A DNA stretch of 64,000 nucleotides from a virus (taxonomy: Duplodnaviria; Caudoviricetes), in IMG/VR virus record IMGVR_UViG_3300011116_001234, positions 2,212 to 66,211 of that record, one strand, 5' to 3'. The translations under genes and the position numbers were made by a program. Numbering within the stretch: the stretch's first letter is position 1; each line of letters opens with the position of its first letter. The notes beneath the pieces are model-generated. The model did no database searches and was not told the origin of the DNA. It worked only from the letters and a program-made list of their open reading frames with translations. Below are positions 25,519-35,946 of the stretch, piece by piece.

Positions 25519-26784
25519 TTAATCTTTGCCGATTAGTTTTGCTAGTTTTTCGAAGAGCTTGGTTTGAATGATTGTTACGATTTCGTTTGGATTGTAGGTG
25601 TATGGGATTAGAGCATCTTCTTTTGAAAGAGGTTCAAGTCTCTTTAGTTTCTTTGCTCCAAAATCTTCTGGATAATTGTCATATTGTTTTAGGATTTGCC
25701 CTAATCCATAACCACCATAAGTTTCGGTTGGATGTTTTTTGTCCAATTCTTCTGGGACAAATTTCTGGCGTTTTTCTTTTGATTGTTTGGTTGACATCTT
25801 GAGTTTTCTTTCTTCAGCCAAAGTGTTTCGACTTTTATAAGTAGGGCCAGGGACATGTTTTACAGGGTTAACAATTAAACCAGAATACCCAGCAGCTAAT
25901 GGAACATCATCAGGTTCATCAAGTTTCTTTTTATAATCTTGTTGGCCAAACTCTTTTTTAATATAGTTTTCTGGTTTTACAAGAACTGTCATCCATCCAG
26001 CTTGGTTTGTAAAGTCTTGTTGGTTTGTGATGTGATTATAAGCCAAATCTCGGTTTGTGTGACCCAAGTTTTCTTTCTCTGTTTCTTTCCAACGATTCAA
26101 AGAGCGATTTCTTTTTTTGTTTAGATTCAACTCATTTCCATCTGCGTCTGGATTCATTGGGTCAAACATGTTTGTATCTGTTGAATCTCTGCTGAGTGTC
26201 AGATTTTCATTGTCATCATATGGCCCATATCCAAATGGTTCACCTCTTACGTTTTCTCTTGGAGATGGGAGAAGTTTTGGAATGTTATATCTTTCTTCTT
26301 CGGGATCTTCTTCGGGATCACGATCTGGATCTTCATCTTCTGGTACATGGCTTTTTTTACCTGCCAAAGTATTCATTGCAGGAAAACCGGGCAGATCCCG
26401 ATAAAGAATATCGGATGGTCCACGTTCGTTTAATTGATCTGGCGCATAGTAATAAGAAGGTTCTAAGTCTGCTTCTGGGTCAAGGAGTTGATCTCTTACT
26501 TCATCTTGGCCGGGAAGTAAGTGTGGACGGTCATCATATACTTCAGCAGATTCTAAAGAATCATATTCATCTTTATCGGAATCTTCTTGGGCATGTATTG
26601 CTGGCCACATAGAAGGATTATTAGGAAGGTCTTCGGCTGGGTCAGCCAACCCTGGCCACATTTCACTTGCTGCCAATTGATAACGGTTTCCGTAGCCGTA
26701 GGGTCCACCTTGGAACTTTGGTCCTCCGTGAAATCCACCGCCGTCAGCTTCGTTGGTAAAAAGAATATCGGTAAGCTTACGCAT
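25519..26784 (-). CDS. Acidic Pro-rich protein with MRKLTDILF tag
   Basis: CTACTTA motif upstream. Confidence 0.75.
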   Translation of the reverse strand: MRKLTDILFTNEADGGGFHGGPKFQGGPYGYGNRYQLAASEMWPGLADPAEDLPNNPSMWPAIHAQEDSDKDEYDSLESAEVYDDRPHLLPGQDEVRDQLLDPEADLEPSYYYAPDQLNERGPSDILYRDLPGFPAMNTLAGKKSHVPEDEDPDRDPEEDPEEERYNIPKLLPSPRENVRGEPFGYGPYDDNENLTLSRDSTDTNMFDPMNPDADGNELNLNKKRNRSLNRWKETEKENLGHTNRDLAYNHITNQQDFTNQAGWMTVLVKPENYIKKEFGQQDYKKKLDEPDDVPLAAGYSGLIVNPVKHVPGPTYKSRNTLAEERKLKMSTKQSKEKRQKFVPEELDKKHPTETYGGYGLGQILKQYDNYPEDFGAKKLKRLEPLSKEDALIPYTYNPNEIVTIIQTKLFEKLAKLIGKD

Positions 26785-26799
26785 ACCGATAAGTAGTGA

Positions 26800-27054
26800 T
26801 TACTTTAGGCGTTGATAGTTGAACTTACGAATGACGGTGTTAAAGTAACTGCCAGCAGAATTGGCATTAATAAACTCATTCCATGTAAGTTCGTCTACTC
26901 CAGAATATTCGTATTGAGTACCGTTGTGGAAGATAACCAATAAAGAGAGAGAGAAGGTATCATATGTTGCATATGCTAAGATCTTTGAATCTTTAAAGGT
27001 GTAGCGTAAAGTTCGTTCTGTGCCCAAAAAAGTTGTTGTTTGTTCATTATTCAT
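26800..27054 (-). CDS. KTSC domain protein
   Basis: F.NGTQYEY.GV....W..FINA.SAGSYFN..IR. Confidence 0.85.
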   Translation of the reverse strand: MNNEQTTTFLGTERTLRYTFKDSKILAYATYDTFSLSLLVIFHNGTQYEYSGVDELTWNEFINANSAGSYFNTVIRKFNYQRLK

Positions 27055-27091
27055 TTTTTTCTCCTAGTAGTTAAAGTCGTGGTGGAGTGTT

Positions 27092-27442
27092 ATGCCTATG
27101 GAATATGGTAGTCTCTGTCAGATAAAATGCAAGAGAAACTTGCTTGAATCATATGTTGTTGTCTACCCAGATGTAGACGAAGTGATTGAAGCAAGAACCA
27201 AACACAATAAATGGTTGCCATCCATTGTATCGCAGTCTAACATATCCGTTTCCGTAAAGCAACTAGTTACTTTAAAACCTGTAAATCAATGGTTTGCAAT
27301 AATGGCAGAGAAGAAGGACTGTTACGGAAATTTATATTATCGTTGTCTATATAACGATAGTTACGGTTGGATAATTGGTAACCGTAAAAGCTTTGAATTA
27401 CAAGAACAAAATACATTATGTCAAACAATACCCGAGCATTAA
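27092..27442 (+). CDS. Hypothetical protein
   Basis: GTAGTTA motif and GGAG upstream. Confidence 0.65.
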   Translation: MPMEYGSLCQIKCKRNLLESYVVVYPDVDEVIEARTKHNKWLPSIVSQSNISVSVKQLVTLKPVNQWFAIMAEKKDCYGNLYYRCLYNDSYGWIIGNRKSFELQEQNTLCQTIPEH

Positions 27443-27600
27443 AGCGTCTTATTGAACGCATGGAAGAATTCCTTGACGAATATAAAACGGAACTGGAAGT
27501 GGACGAAGCTGCCACTGTTGATGATACGATCTCTATCATTGATCGTATTAAAACAGATTTGGAATCTGACGAAGATGAAGATGACGAAGATTTAGATTGA
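27418..27600 (+). CDS. Small acidic protein
   Basis: Overlaps upstream ORF; acidic tail. Confidence 0.6.
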   Translation: MSNNTRALKRLIERMEEFLDEYKTELEVDEAATVDDTISIIDRIKTDLESDEDEDDEDLD

Positions 27601-28266
27601 ATCTTTAATCAGCTTATAAGGACGCTCAACACTTAGTTTTGTTGGTTCTGCATCTTGTCCGCTTAGCACCATAACTTGTTTGTTTGTCCAACTGCACGTT
27701 GCATAGAAATGTTTTCGCCGCATTGTTTTTATGTGATTTACAACACCATGGCTTTTACGATACATTACCAAATCACCAACATTTGCACTTTCATACTGTC
27801 GAACTAACTCCATTGGAATAAGTTGATTTGGAGTAAAAAACCAAGAAATATGCTGTTCGTTTGTTGGACCCCAAGGTTCCCCAAAAACATTGTTATCCCA
27901 ATCGTATGATTTATAGATTTTAATACCCACTGCAACAATTGTTGTTCTGTGACCTGTACGAATTCCTGCGATTTGTTCAAGGTTTTTAACTAACTTATAA
28001 CTTCCATAGTGAAGTACAATAAATGAATCTATTTTAGCAACATATTGATCAATATCAAGCTCACTGAAAAGCTCTAAAAGAGATCGGCCATAAGTTCCAT
28101 GAATTGTGTCACGTTTATAGTTCTTAGAAGCTCTGTTAAGTTTTTTTACTTCTCGCCACCAACTATCAACATCAAACGATTCGTGTTTAAACATCAAATA
28201 TGCACGTAACAAAATTTTCGGCTTAACTAACCTATCGAAATCTGTTAATGCAAATTTTTTTCCCAT
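27592..28266 (-). CDS. Hypothetical protein
   Basis: ATACTTA motif upstream. Confidence 0.7.
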   Translation of the reverse strand: MGKKFALTDFDRLVKPKILLRAYLMFKHESFDVDSWWREVKKLNRASKNYKRDTIHGTYGRSLLELFSELDIDQYVAKIDSFIVLHYGSYKLVKNLEQIAGIRTGHRTTIVAVGIKIYKSYDWDNNVFGEPWGPTNEQHISWFFTPNQLIPMELVRQYESANVGDLVMYRKSHGVVNHIKTMRRKHFYATCSWTNKQVMVLSGQDAEPTKLSVERPYKLIKDSI

Positions 28267-28293
28267 AGCTATAAGTATGGGAATACAAATAAG

Positions 28294-28327
28294 AGAAGGT
28301 GAAGGATTTCTCCTTCACCTTCTTTTA
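28294..28327. terminator. Intrinsic terminator
   Basis: AGAAGGTGAAGG...CCTTCACCTTCT. Confidence 0.75.
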
Positions 28328-28355
28328 GGCTGCTAGGTTTTGACTAAGTTATAGT

Positions 28356-28643
28356 TCAGCCATCATCACGGGTGTTATAGAACCGATCAAGGGTTTCATA
28401 AAGTTCCCGAGCTTGACGACCTGAGAGTGAGAGACGTGCTGCACGACGGCTACCCTTACGGCTGCGTGTGATTGGTACAACCATTTCCATACGTACAGCC
28501 TTTTTAGAGGCTGCTTGTTCAACATTTACGCCGATTGTATCGGCTTCCGCAGTTGTGAGGGTTACAAGGTTACGTGGGTTTGTACGGGTGCCAATACGAG
28601 CGAGCGAGGTGTAGCTGTTGTTTGTGGTGGTACGTTGCGACAT
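28356..28643 (-). CDS. Small basic protein
   Basis: TTTACT-17-TATATT promoter upstream, terminator downstream. Confidence 0.7.
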   Translation of the reverse strand: MSQRTTTNNSYTSLARIGTRTNPRNLVTLTTAEADTIGVNVEQAASKKAVRMEMVVPITRSRKGSRRAARLSLSGRQARELYETLDRFYNTRDDG

Positions 28644-28743
28644 ATGATTATAGACCTTTCTTTTTGGGAAGGGGTTAGTTGTTTTCCTTCCCTGTGTTCT
28701 GTAACCAATATACCGCAACGAAAACCAGAAGTAAAACTATTTC

Positions 28744-28929
28744 TCAATCTTCGTATTCTTCTTCGTCGTTGTATTCTGATTCTATTGTTGAATCAGTGGA
28801 ATCACCTAATCCTGGGTCTGCTGATTGCGATACAGATACACGCAAATATTGGGATTGATTGAAATGATTACGTTTGTAAGGACTGTTCCGAGGCCGTAAC
28901 CGTTTTTCTGTTTCACGACGAGAGCTCAT
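28744..28929 (-). CDS. Hypothetical protein
   Basis: Last ORF of sigma-factor run. Confidence 0.5.
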   Translation of the reverse strand: MSSRRETEKRLRPRNSPYKRNHFNQSQYLRVSVSQSADPGLGDSTDSTIESEYNDEEEYED

Positions 28930-28936
28930 ATGTTTT

Positions 28937-29449
28937 CTAGTTTCTACCTTTTTTTCGTTGGTTAAAGCTGCTGACTGTTGCAGCTATTTCTTCTGGCGTA
29001 ACAATAGCGGGAGCAACAGATTGCTCAGGCTCAACCGCTACAGGTTGTTCTTCTACTGCCATTAAAACTGTTTCTTCTTTTTGTTCTTCAACTGGTTTTT
29101 CTTCCGTTACTACAACAGAAGATGGAAGTTCTGGTTCTACAACCGGTTCTGGGATACTCACCGAAATTTGAAGTATTGGTTCTTCTACCACAACCGGGGT
29201 AACTGGCTCTGGTGCTATTGGTAGAATTACAGGCAATGGTTCTGGAACCATTTGAACAAAACCAGAACGAATGGAATCTAGTGTTTGATCACTAAAAGAC
29301 CATTCGTTCTGGTTTATAAAATTTTGTAATCTGGATTCAGAAGAGATCCCGTTAGCTGCACACCAATTTGAAATTGAGCGACGTTTTCTTGCTAGAAAGC
29401 TACCGAGCTCTGGGGGAAGGTTTCTTACGTTTGGTTTACCACCGGACAT
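28937..29449 (-). CDS. Hypothetical protein with Pro/Glu/Val-rich tail
   Basis: Start at MSGGKP after GAGG. Confidence 0.7.
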   Translation of the reverse strand: MSGGKPNVRNLPPELGSFLARKRRSISNWCAANGISSESRLQNFINQNEWSFSDQTLDSIRSGFVQMVPEPLPVILPIAPEPVTPVVVEEPILQISVSIPEPVVEPELPSSVVVTEEKPVEEQKEETVLMAVEEQPVAVEPEQSVAPAIVTPEEIAATVSSFNQRKKGRN

Positions 29450-29712
29450 TGGACTGTTTCCTCTTCTTTGCATAAAGTGAGGATATCTCCAATGATTTCA
29501 TGGATGTCTTGTCGCATAATCAAGTTTTTTACTTCTACATCATCCAAAGGACGACCTATCTCTGTTGCAATCCCAGATACAAACTTTTTCATACCAGACA
29601 GCAAAATGTTTCTTGCTGTGGCATGGTTCATCTTGTAACCAAGAGCGGTCATTTTGGCTGCTATAGTGCGATAATCCTCACCTTCAGTGATAGTTATGTA
29701 TCTGTAACTCAT
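29425..29712 (-). CDS. HTH protein resembling sigma region 4.2
   Basis: GEDYRTIAAKM...NHATARNILLSGMKKF; ATGA-coupled to sigma. Confidence 0.65.
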   Translation of the reverse strand: MSYRYITITEGEDYRTIAAKMTALGYKMNHATARNILLSGMKKFVSGIATEIGRPLDDVEVKNLIMRQDIHEIIGDILTLCKEEETVQCPVVNQT

Positions 29713-30446
29713 TTGTCAATCCCTTTCTTTACAATTCCTGCGCTATCAATTCCATATCTTTCCAACAAAACATGTTTCTCTCTTTCGTTTAAAGAACTGA
29801 AAACTTGTTTTGCAATAGCAACAATTTTCTTATTATCCAGCAAAGAAGATAGTTCCATGCCCTCACAAGGAATAATGTCTTTTAGTGTTTTATTATCAAC
29901 ACTTGCCGACAGTGGAGCTTCAATTGATTGAGGATTCCATGTCTTTGTCTTGTTTGCAATCATAACAGATTCAAACATTTTTTCTGTCATACCAATCTGG
30001 TCAAGAAAAGACTTGTCAATGTCTTTTAGATTGATTGAACGTTCTTTTGCTGCGTTATAAACTTTGTTACGTGCTGTACGAATATGGCTTGGAATATGCA
30101 ACATAGGCTCGTCATCCAAAAGAAAACTGTTTACGCTTTGGCGAATCCACCATGTTGCATATGTGGAGAACTTAAATCCTAGCTCTGGTTTAAATCCATC
30201 AATCGCATCAAACAAACCAAGATGGCCTTCTTGAAGTAGATCGCTTCGGAGTTCTTTGTGTTTTTGTTTCTTGGAATAAAACTTGTTGATGACAAAGGTA
30301 ACAAGTTTTGCATTCCGTTTAGCTAAGTCGTTTCTTAGTTTTTGATCTGTTCTTATGATCTTGCCGTTTTCATCTAGTATTTTTGTTGTTTGATAGCGTT
30401 TGAAAAGTTCCAAATCGCTTTCGTTTGTTTGGGTTTGTTGAATCAT
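29709..30446 (-). CDS. RNA polymerase sigma70-family factor, C-terminally short
   Basis: DLLQEGHLGLFDAIDGF...KFSTYATWWIRQ; LNEREKHVL..RYG; GGAG before 30446. Confidence 0.92.
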   Translation of the reverse strand: MIQQTQTNESDLELFKRYQTTKILDENGKIIRTDQKLRNDLAKRNAKLVTFVINKFYSKKQKHKELRSDLLQEGHLGLFDAIDGFKPELGFKFSTYATWWIRQSVNSFLLDDEPMLHIPSHIRTARNKVYNAAKERSINLKDIDKSFLDQIGMTEKMFESVMIANKTKTWNPQSIEAPLSASVDNKTLKDIIPCEGMELSSLLDNKKIVAIAKQVFSSLNEREKHVLLERYGIDSAGIVKKGIDK

Positions 30447-30460
30447 GGGTTCTCCGTTGG

Positions 30461-30886
30461 TTATTTCTTCAAGATCTTGCTGTAAGATTGAATGTGGGTT
30501 CTCAAACATCTGGACTTCAAAAGTTGAAACTTCTCTTGATCTAGAGGGATTTTCAAACTCTTCGCCGCTTCTTCTCCATAATGCCATGCTAGCACCTCTT
30601 CTTCGATTGCTAAAACCTGTTCTGTTAACATGTTACGAGCGTCACGATCAGATATCGCCTTGAACTTTTTACTCAAACTTTCATTCTGAAACAGATAATG
30701 ATGTCCATATTCATGGAACAAGATATAAAGCTTGTTTTCATCAGTTCTACGGCTATTGATTTTAATCAACTTGATATCGGTATCGTATTCGTCGTTTGTT
30801 CCCGATTTGAAAACAATCTCGCTCACACCTTCTGCCTTGCAGAAAGCAATGAATTTTTCCAAGTGAGTTGAGACGTTTTCGATCAT
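30461..30886 (-). CDS. HExxH metallopeptidase (ImmA/IrrE-like)
   Basis: ILFHEYGH, EEVLAW. Confidence 0.75.
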   Translation of the reverse strand: MIENVSTHLEKFIAFCKAEGVSEIVFKSGTNDEYDTDIKLIKINSRRTDENKLYILFHEYGHHYLFQNESLSKKFKAISDRDARNMLTEQVLAIEEEVLAWHYGEEAAKSLKIPLDQEKFQLLKSRCLRTHIQSYSKILKK

Positions 30887-31033
30887 GTAAACGAGTATAA
30901 TATCACATAATCAAACAATCAAGATGTATTCAATACAATTTTTGTTTTCCTTTAAACAAGACGGAAATCTACCATAAACACATACTAACAAACCGAATCA
31001 AACAACATATCTATTACATTATAGGAAACCACC

Positions 31034-32632
31034 ATGGCTAAAATAACTCTTAACCTAGATCCAAAAAACGATCAACTTGTTCCAATTGAAGCGTTAGTAA
31101 ATTTTTCTGATGCTTATTTGACTGAAGATGCATCGAAAAAAAATAAAAATAGTTATGAAAAATTAAAAGCTTTTTTTCAAGACAAAGAAAAAGCCAAGAA
31201 AATCAATCAACTCCACAATGTTATCAATAACCTTAAAGGTAAAGGTGGCAGAGTTTGGTTTCAAAAAACATTCTTAGTACCTTTTGGCGGTTCAAAAGAT
31301 AAATTGGCTCAAGAAGTGTTTGATACTCTTTCAAAAGCAAAAGCTTTTGATCAACTGGAACAAGAAACAGCAGAATATAATGCAAAAATAAGACCAGCGA
31401 TTGATGAAGCTGCAAATGCTGCTAAAGCTTTAACAGATGTCATTTCAAACGACAGCAATGGACTTTCCTTGCTTATAGGAAACTTCAGCAGAGCATTTAT
31501 GGCCGGTCCCGGTAAAGCAGCAGGAGCAGGAGCTTCCCCAGCACCACCAGCAGCAAAAGTTTTATCAAAAGCGGATCTTAAAGCAAGAATAGACGCATTA
31601 AATGCGAACCAGCAACAAAAGTTTTATAAAAGCTTTGGGGTTGACCCAACCAAAGTAAGAACTGTCGATGATATAATCCTAACTTTATTAGCATATGCAC
31701 AAAAGCCAGCCGCAAGCAGAAATCCAACAAGTGATGCATATATCAATACCACATTAGGCGGCATTGCAACTCTTGATGACATAGCAAAACAAACCGCAAT
31801 AACAGAATCAACCAAAGAAAAAATCAGTAAAGAGTTGTTTCAAGCCAAAAAACTCTTAGAGCTTGGTTTGATTACAAAGGGTGAATACACCGCAAGTCTT
31901 GTAAAAACAAAGAAACTCCTTAAGGAAGGAACACCACCTACCACCCCAGACCCAAAGGATATTGAAGTTGTTAAGGCTGCTATCACAACCATCATGGGAT
32001 CTGGTAGTGGAAGCGATGGAGCTTTGTCTGTGTTATTAACAGCTTCGGCTGAGATACAGCAAGGCTTAACCGATTATTCAAAAAGAATTGTTGCAGAAGG
32101 TAAAGCCGAAAACGAACTAACAAAAGCTTACATTAAGAGAAAAATTCTTGAAGGATACAAGGAAACAAAAGATCAACAAGAAAAACCTTATCTTAATGAG
32201 TTTTTAATTACCATGATTGCTGCTGCCCTAGCCGCACTAGCTGGTTGGGTAGTTGGTAAACTAAAAGGACATTATAACGGGGCTGCTACAGGTGTTGCAG
32301 CAAGTCATCCAACCGCAGCAATAGACAAAAATGCAACAACCAATCTTCTTGGAAGTATTGATCGTGGTTTAAACGCTAGCGGCATCCCTGTAGACGCTGC
32401 TGGTAAACCTGTTCCAAGTTTTGAAGAAGTCTTAACCAAATATCAAGCTAATTTGGTTGGACCATCAGGAAATATAAGAGCAGCTTATAATGAAATTAAA
32501 GAAGTTATGCTGAGAATAACAGATGCAAATGTTGTAACTGCTTTTAGTAAGATGAACGATTTTAATGGTAGTCCATTAGGTGAAACTAATGCTTTGATTT
32601 TAAGTTTACAAAAACTTGCAAAAATGATTTAA
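31034..32632 (+). CDS. Ala-rich helical protein with one hydrophobic segment; candidate internal virion protein
   Basis: Long ORF; LITMIAAALAALAGWVVG; several L/IxE sites. Confidence 0.75.
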   Translation: MAKITLNLDPKNDQLVPIEALVNFSDAYLTEDASKKNKNSYEKLKAFFQDKEKAKKINQLHNVINNLKGKGGRVWFQKTFLVPFGGSKDKLAQEVFDTLSKAKAFDQLEQETAEYNAKIRPAIDEAANAAKALTDVISNDSNGLSLLIGNFSRAFMAGPGKAAGAGASPAPPAAKVLSKADLKARIDALNANQQQKFYKSFGVDPTKVRTVDDIILTLLAYAQKPAASRNPTSDAYINTTLGGIATLDDIAKQTAITESTKEKISKELFQAKKLLELGLITKGEYTASLVKTKKLLKEGTPPTTPDPKDIEVVKAAITTIMGSGSGSDGALSVLLTASAEIQQGLTDYSKRIVAEGKAENELTKAYIKRKILEGYKETKDQQEKPYLNEFLITMIAAALAALAGWVVGKLKGHYNGAATGVAASHPTAAIDKNATTNLLGSIDRGLNASGIPVDAAGKPVPSFEEVLTKYQANLVGPSGNIRAAYNEIKEVMLRITDANVVTAFSKMNDFNGSPLGETNALILSLQKLAKMI

Positions 32633-33384
32633 GATTTGAACTGAATCCCTTTGCTATTGATCTCATACGGGAAGTAAAGACCACCGCTACCAAAGCGATT
32701 TTTTTCAACGCAGGCAATTCGTTCTCCCCAGCTTTCACTACGTCGATCTGTATCTAGATGCAAGGAGATATGCATGTCAACAGCGTGTTTCACTTCTTGC
32801 TTCCCAGCAAAGGTTCCATCTTTGGTTACTTGACCAATGATGATAGCATTCGTGTAGTTCTTTTTAGACCACTCAGCAAGTCTCCAAGCCGCTTGGATTG
32901 TTTGAGCTTGGTGAGAATAAATTTTCCCTGTCTTTGGATCAATTTCATTGCACTCAATTGTTTGAAGTGAGTCAATAAACAAGAATAGTTGTTTGCCGGG
33001 GTTCTCTGCACGAATAGCATCTGCATGAGTTAGAATATCATTTACATCATTATGATATGATGGGATAAATCCGTGTTTTAGATCCATTCGTTTTGCTGTG
33101 CGACGTACTTGATAAATGCTCTCTTCACAAGTGTTGTAAAGAGCAAGGTTGCCTGTACTTGTAATAGCATCTGCCAGTTGCACAGCAAAGGTTGTTTTAC
33201 CTGCACCGGGAAGACCTGTAAGGATTGCTACTGTAGATGGAATCATACCATCACCAGCACAGAGAGCGTCGAAGTGTTCCCATCCTGTTGGGACTGCGTT
33301 TTCTAGTTCTGTTGGAAGGCCAATGTCGAGAATGTTTGTTTTGGTTGTAACTTCTGGGTTACCTACATTGATTTTATTTGACAT
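32629..33384 (-). CDS. RadA/Sms-like ATPase (RecA fold only)
   Basis: GLPGAGKTT, IDSLQT, GQVTKDG, KNRFG. Confidence 0.88.
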   Translation of the reverse strand: MSNKINVGNPEVTTKTNILDIGLPTELENAVPTGWEHFDALCAGDGMIPSTVAILTGLPGAGKTTFAVQLADAITSTGNLALYNTCEESIYQVRRTAKRMDLKHGFIPSYHNDVNDILTHADAIRAENPGKQLFLFIDSLQTIECNEIDPKTGKIYSHQAQTIQAAWRLAEWSKKNYTNAIIIGQVTKDGTFAGKQEVKHAVDMHISLHLDTDRRSESWGERIACVEKNRFGSGGLYFPYEINSKGIQFKS

Positions 33385-33459
33385 GATAGAGATCTCCTGT
33401 GAGCCTTTTATAGCTCGATTATAGGGAATGATTAATGGAATATAAAACAGTTTAGACGA

Positions 33460-35112
33460 TCAGGTATAAAGCCACCAGAACTCTTTACGGAGCTCTAGAT
33501 CAGCTTTAATAGATTCTTTTCGTACGCCAAATGGGAGAGGTTTGCCTTGGATTTTTTGGTTGATGTCTTTGTAACCACGACTCATACCTTTTAGCATTGC
33601 ATAAGCTAATCCTTGGTTTGCTGCTTGCATTCCAAGATAACCTTCTTGTGCTGCCATTGGAGTAAAGACTTGTAAACCTATTGCCATTGCCATGATAAGA
33701 TCGTCATGACGTTTTTTGATTGCTTGTCCACGTTTACCGTTCCAGATAAACGTTTCCATTTGTTCAACAAAGCGTAGGGAATAAATCTTGAGTTGATGAT
33801 TACGAATGACCTGTTCTAGATTTTCTAGGATTTTTTCTCTGTTTTTTGGTGATACTGTGAATCCCGGTAGTACGTCCTTTTTTTCATCCGGTAACATTCC
33901 TAACATTTTTTCTTGTAGATCTGGATCATAATAAACAGAAGGGTATTCGGCATCTCTCAGCTTGATCGCTGTTGCGATACCTACCGTGTTCTTTTCATTA
34001 ATGATCAAGGCATTGTTATATCTTTTGCCAATTTCTATGAGCCATTCTCCAAATCTGTCTGGAGGTATTTTGCCCATATATTCAGCAACGACTTCACTTT
34101 CATTTGTATCGAACACATGAAAGGTACTATAGTCTTCTGCATCTCCACGGGCAACGTCCGCAGAGATAACATATTTGTGGTCTGGAACTGCTGTCTTCCA
34201 GATGTGCAAGTCTTGTCCTTTGCCATTTGGTCCTGTATAACCAATTGGTGTCTGTGATAGGTTACGCACATAATCAATACAAGCTTGAGAGAAGAAGGTA
34301 AGGGTAGAACCTTCAAAACCACACAAGAGTTCTTGTGCAATACCTCTTGCATCCATTGGCTTGGCTTGATCTTCAAACCATTTTTCATCACGTTCTGGGT
34401 GAACATGCCAAGGTAGTTTCACGCCATGGAAACCATTTTTGCCTGTACCTTTACAATGTTGACCGACTCTGTTTTCTTCCCATTCTCCTGTTTCTGCTCC
34501 CATCCACATTTGATAAAAGAAGTTCTTACCTGCTGGAGTAGAGAATACGATAGCTCTACCACCCGTTGATAGGGTAGGATAAAGACCTAGCCACAGTTCT
34601 TCTAAGTTATCAATATGAGCAGCTTCGTCAACGATAAGGAGCGTTACAGCTTCACCACGACCAGCATCTCCAGAGGTAGGAATGGCTGTAATACGTGAGC
34701 CGTTATTAAAGCGAATATATTTAACCGATTCAGCTTCTGGATCTGTTAGTTCAAGAAGGTTCAACATCCAAGGTGGAAGCATTTTAAAGGCTGTTCGGAT
34801 CTTTTGGATCATGAACTTGCCGACTTCCAATTTTGTTGCCATGACAAGGATGTTTGCGTCTCTACGGAACAACGCCATCCAGAGACAATAAGCCGAAGTT
34901 GTTGTTGACAACCCTAGCTGACGAGATTTGAGAACAATGTTAAATTTGTAGTTCAAGAACGCATCAACACACTCTTCTTGAAATGGGTAGAGCTGAAAGG
35001 GAAGACGACCTTTGATTGGGTGTTGAATATAAAGATACTTTTTAATGAAGTAGATGGGATCTTCCCCACACTTCATAATTTCATCTATTTGTTCTTTTTT
35101 TGTAAAAGCCAT
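33460..35112 (-). CDS. terL: Terminase large subunit (T4 gp17-like)
   Basis: LYPFQ, KSRQLG, LIVDEAA, STP, DVARG, HDDL. Confidence 0.96.
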   Translation of the reverse strand: MAFTKKEQIDEIMKCGEDPIYFIKKYLYIQHPIKGRLPFQLYPFQEECVDAFLNYKFNIVLKSRQLGLSTTTSAYCLWMALFRRDANILVMATKLEVGKFMIQKIRTAFKMLPPWMLNLLELTDPEAESVKYIRFNNGSRITAIPTSGDAGRGEAVTLLIVDEAAHIDNLEELWLGLYPTLSTGGRAIVFSTPAGKNFFYQMWMGAETGEWEENRVGQHCKGTGKNGFHGVKLPWHVHPERDEKWFEDQAKPMDARGIAQELLCGFEGSTLTFFSQACIDYVRNLSQTPIGYTGPNGKGQDLHIWKTAVPDHKYVISADVARGDAEDYSTFHVFDTNESEVVAEYMGKIPPDRFGEWLIEIGKRYNNALIINEKNTVGIATAIKLRDAEYPSVYYDPDLQEKMLGMLPDEKKDVLPGFTVSPKNREKILENLEQVIRNHQLKIYSLRFVEQMETFIWNGKRGQAIKKRHDDLIMAMAIGLQVFTPMAAQEGYLGMQAANQGLAYAMLKGMSRGYKDINQKIQGKPLPFGVRKESIKADLELRKEFWWLYT

Positions 35113-35129
35113 AAAAAACTATTTGGTTA

Positions 35130-35579
35130 TTATGACACACTCGCAATGCAATGGAGATGATAAAGGCAGGTTTTATTGGTACGATATGCACTCATAGAAA
35201 CATGTTCAAGCCATTCACGAATTGAGTGGTTATCTACAGCAAGTTTAACGCTTTTTGCTGCCTCTTCTTCGTAGCGTTGCTCTGTGACGTTGCCAGCATT
35301 TTCTTTTTGCTCTAAAGCACGTTTATATTCTTCTGAGATACGTTCCAGGCGTTTCTTGATCATCTCTAGGAGTTCTTCACGATATTTAACACGCATTTCG
35401 TTATAAACGTTTGGGCTTGCAATGTTAACAATGATTTGTGCCTTGATTTCAATAGTGTTTTCAAGTGGCATTGTCATCTTGATAAAGTGGTTTGGATATT
35501 GTTTTTCTGAGCTACGTCCAAACGATGTATCAAGTAAGCTGGCGAGAGTTCTATAGCGAGCACGCTGTTGAATAGGCAT
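35130..35579 (-). CDS. Hypothetical protein upstream of terminase
   Basis: ATACTTA motif upstream. Confidence 0.75.
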   Translation of the reverse strand: MPIQQRARYRTLASLLDTSFGRSSEKQYPNHFIKMTMPLENTIEIKAQIIVNIASPNVYNEMRVKYREELLEMIKKRLERISEEYKRALEQKENAGNVTEQRYEEEAAKSVKLAVDNHSIREWLEHVSMSAYRTNKTCLYHLHCIASVS

Positions 35580-35613
35580 GTTGAGTGTATCCTTTAAGGG
35601 ATAAGTATACGGT

Positions 35614-35907
35614 TCACTTGAACTTTATTTGTGGTAGAAAAGCCATATGACGGCGTTCCATATACAGTTTCCATCTTTCACTGCTTTTGTCTGGATCTGT
35701 TCCACTTCTTGCCCAATACAACTCGCACATACTGCAACATTTATAGTTGCGAAAGCTCTGAGCATCATCGGCTGTTTTCATTGGATATTCACATATAGGA
35801 CAAAAGAATGGAACAATGATCTTATCATTGTTTAATGGAGATAAAACAACAACTTTACCGTTATGAAGAACTTTGATTTGCTTGCCGTTGTGAATTAATG
35901 AATTCAT
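35614..35907 (-). CDS. Zn-finger protein
   Basis: CPIC...CCSMC. Confidence 0.7.
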   Translation of the reverse strand: MNSLIHNGKQIKVLHNGKVVVLSPLNNDKIIVPFFCPICEYPMKTADDAQSFRNYKCCSMCELYWARSGTDPDKSSERWKLYMERRHMAFLPQIKFK

Positions 35908-35946
35908 AGAGAGTATATATTAAGTGTAAGATAGTTGGAGTTTATA

